Positions 63,535-64,000 of a stretch of 64,000 bases of DNA are shown in pieces. A program made the position numbers and the translations under genes. Below the pieces are notes generated by a model that worked only from the letters and a program-made list of their open reading frames with translations, searched no databases and was not told the origin of the DNA. The stretch's first letter is position 1. Every line of letters starts with the position of its first letter. The DNA comes from the human T2T-CHM13v2.0 reference genome, Homo sapiens, in assembly GCF_009914755.1 (NCBI RefSeq), contig NC_060933.1; one strand, written 5' to 3'.

Positions 63535-64000
63535 TGATTATAATTCCAAAATCCCCTCTTCTATTATATTTCTCATCTCAGTAACTAGCACCACCATCTA
63601 CCCAATTGTTCAAACCAGAAAGCTGGACATGATCTTTGATTCAGCTTTTTTGCTTACTACCTTCTTGCGTCAGATTCATGAGCCAGTCCTATCACCTCTA
63701 CTTCTTAACTACATCTCTAACATGACCATGTCCCTTCCTCTCCATTGCCATCACCATGATCCACGCCATTGTCATCTGCTGCTCAGACACAGACAATGGC
63801 AGCGTTCTTTTTATTGTTCTCCCCATGTCCTCTTTCAACTCCCTCCAATCTTCACCTCACACAGCAGCCAGAGTAGACAGACTGTCTCTGTGATTCTTGG
63901 GCACAGCGCTCTGTTGATGTCCTTCAGAACACTTGTCACAAGTTAAATATTTATTTTGTTGTTTTGTTGTTGTTGTTCAATTTTTTTTATCTGTCTTCCC

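Overview
Primate, almost certainly human, genomic DNA that I recognise as the AK3 locus (9p24.1 by recollection). The complete 5-exon coding sequence of mitochondrial GTP:AMP phosphotransferase AK3 lies on the minus strand (exons 34065-34215, 15588-15707, 12216-12388, 11500-11618, 4652-4772; 684 nt, 227 aa, all GT-AG). It has a CpG-island promoter at about 33.7-35.0 kb and a long 3'UTR with tandem poly(A) signals. A plus-strand poly(A) signal at 53-58 probably ends the convergent neighbour (CDC37L1, from recalled synteny). An old processed pseudogene of ECM1, split by an MLT2 LTR, lies at about 60.9-63.1 kb. The rest is dense in repeats (Alu, L1, L2, MIR, MaLR/ERV LTRs, a near full-length Tigger1). 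Nearly all other ORFs in the track are Alu, microsatellite or GC-rich artefacts. I see no new gene system. The best leads are: (1) a 1.75-kb UG-rich VNTR in AK3 intron 4 next to a candidate in-frame cryptic exon; (2) an inverted Alu pair found only in the long 3'UTR isoform; (3) a probable L1 3' transduction with intact TSDs in intron 1; (4) a 365-bp local non-tandem duplication; (5) two co-oriented CTCF motifs beside a GATA/RUNX/ETS cluster upstream of AK3. Repeat boundaries and subfamily names were assigned by eye and are approximate.
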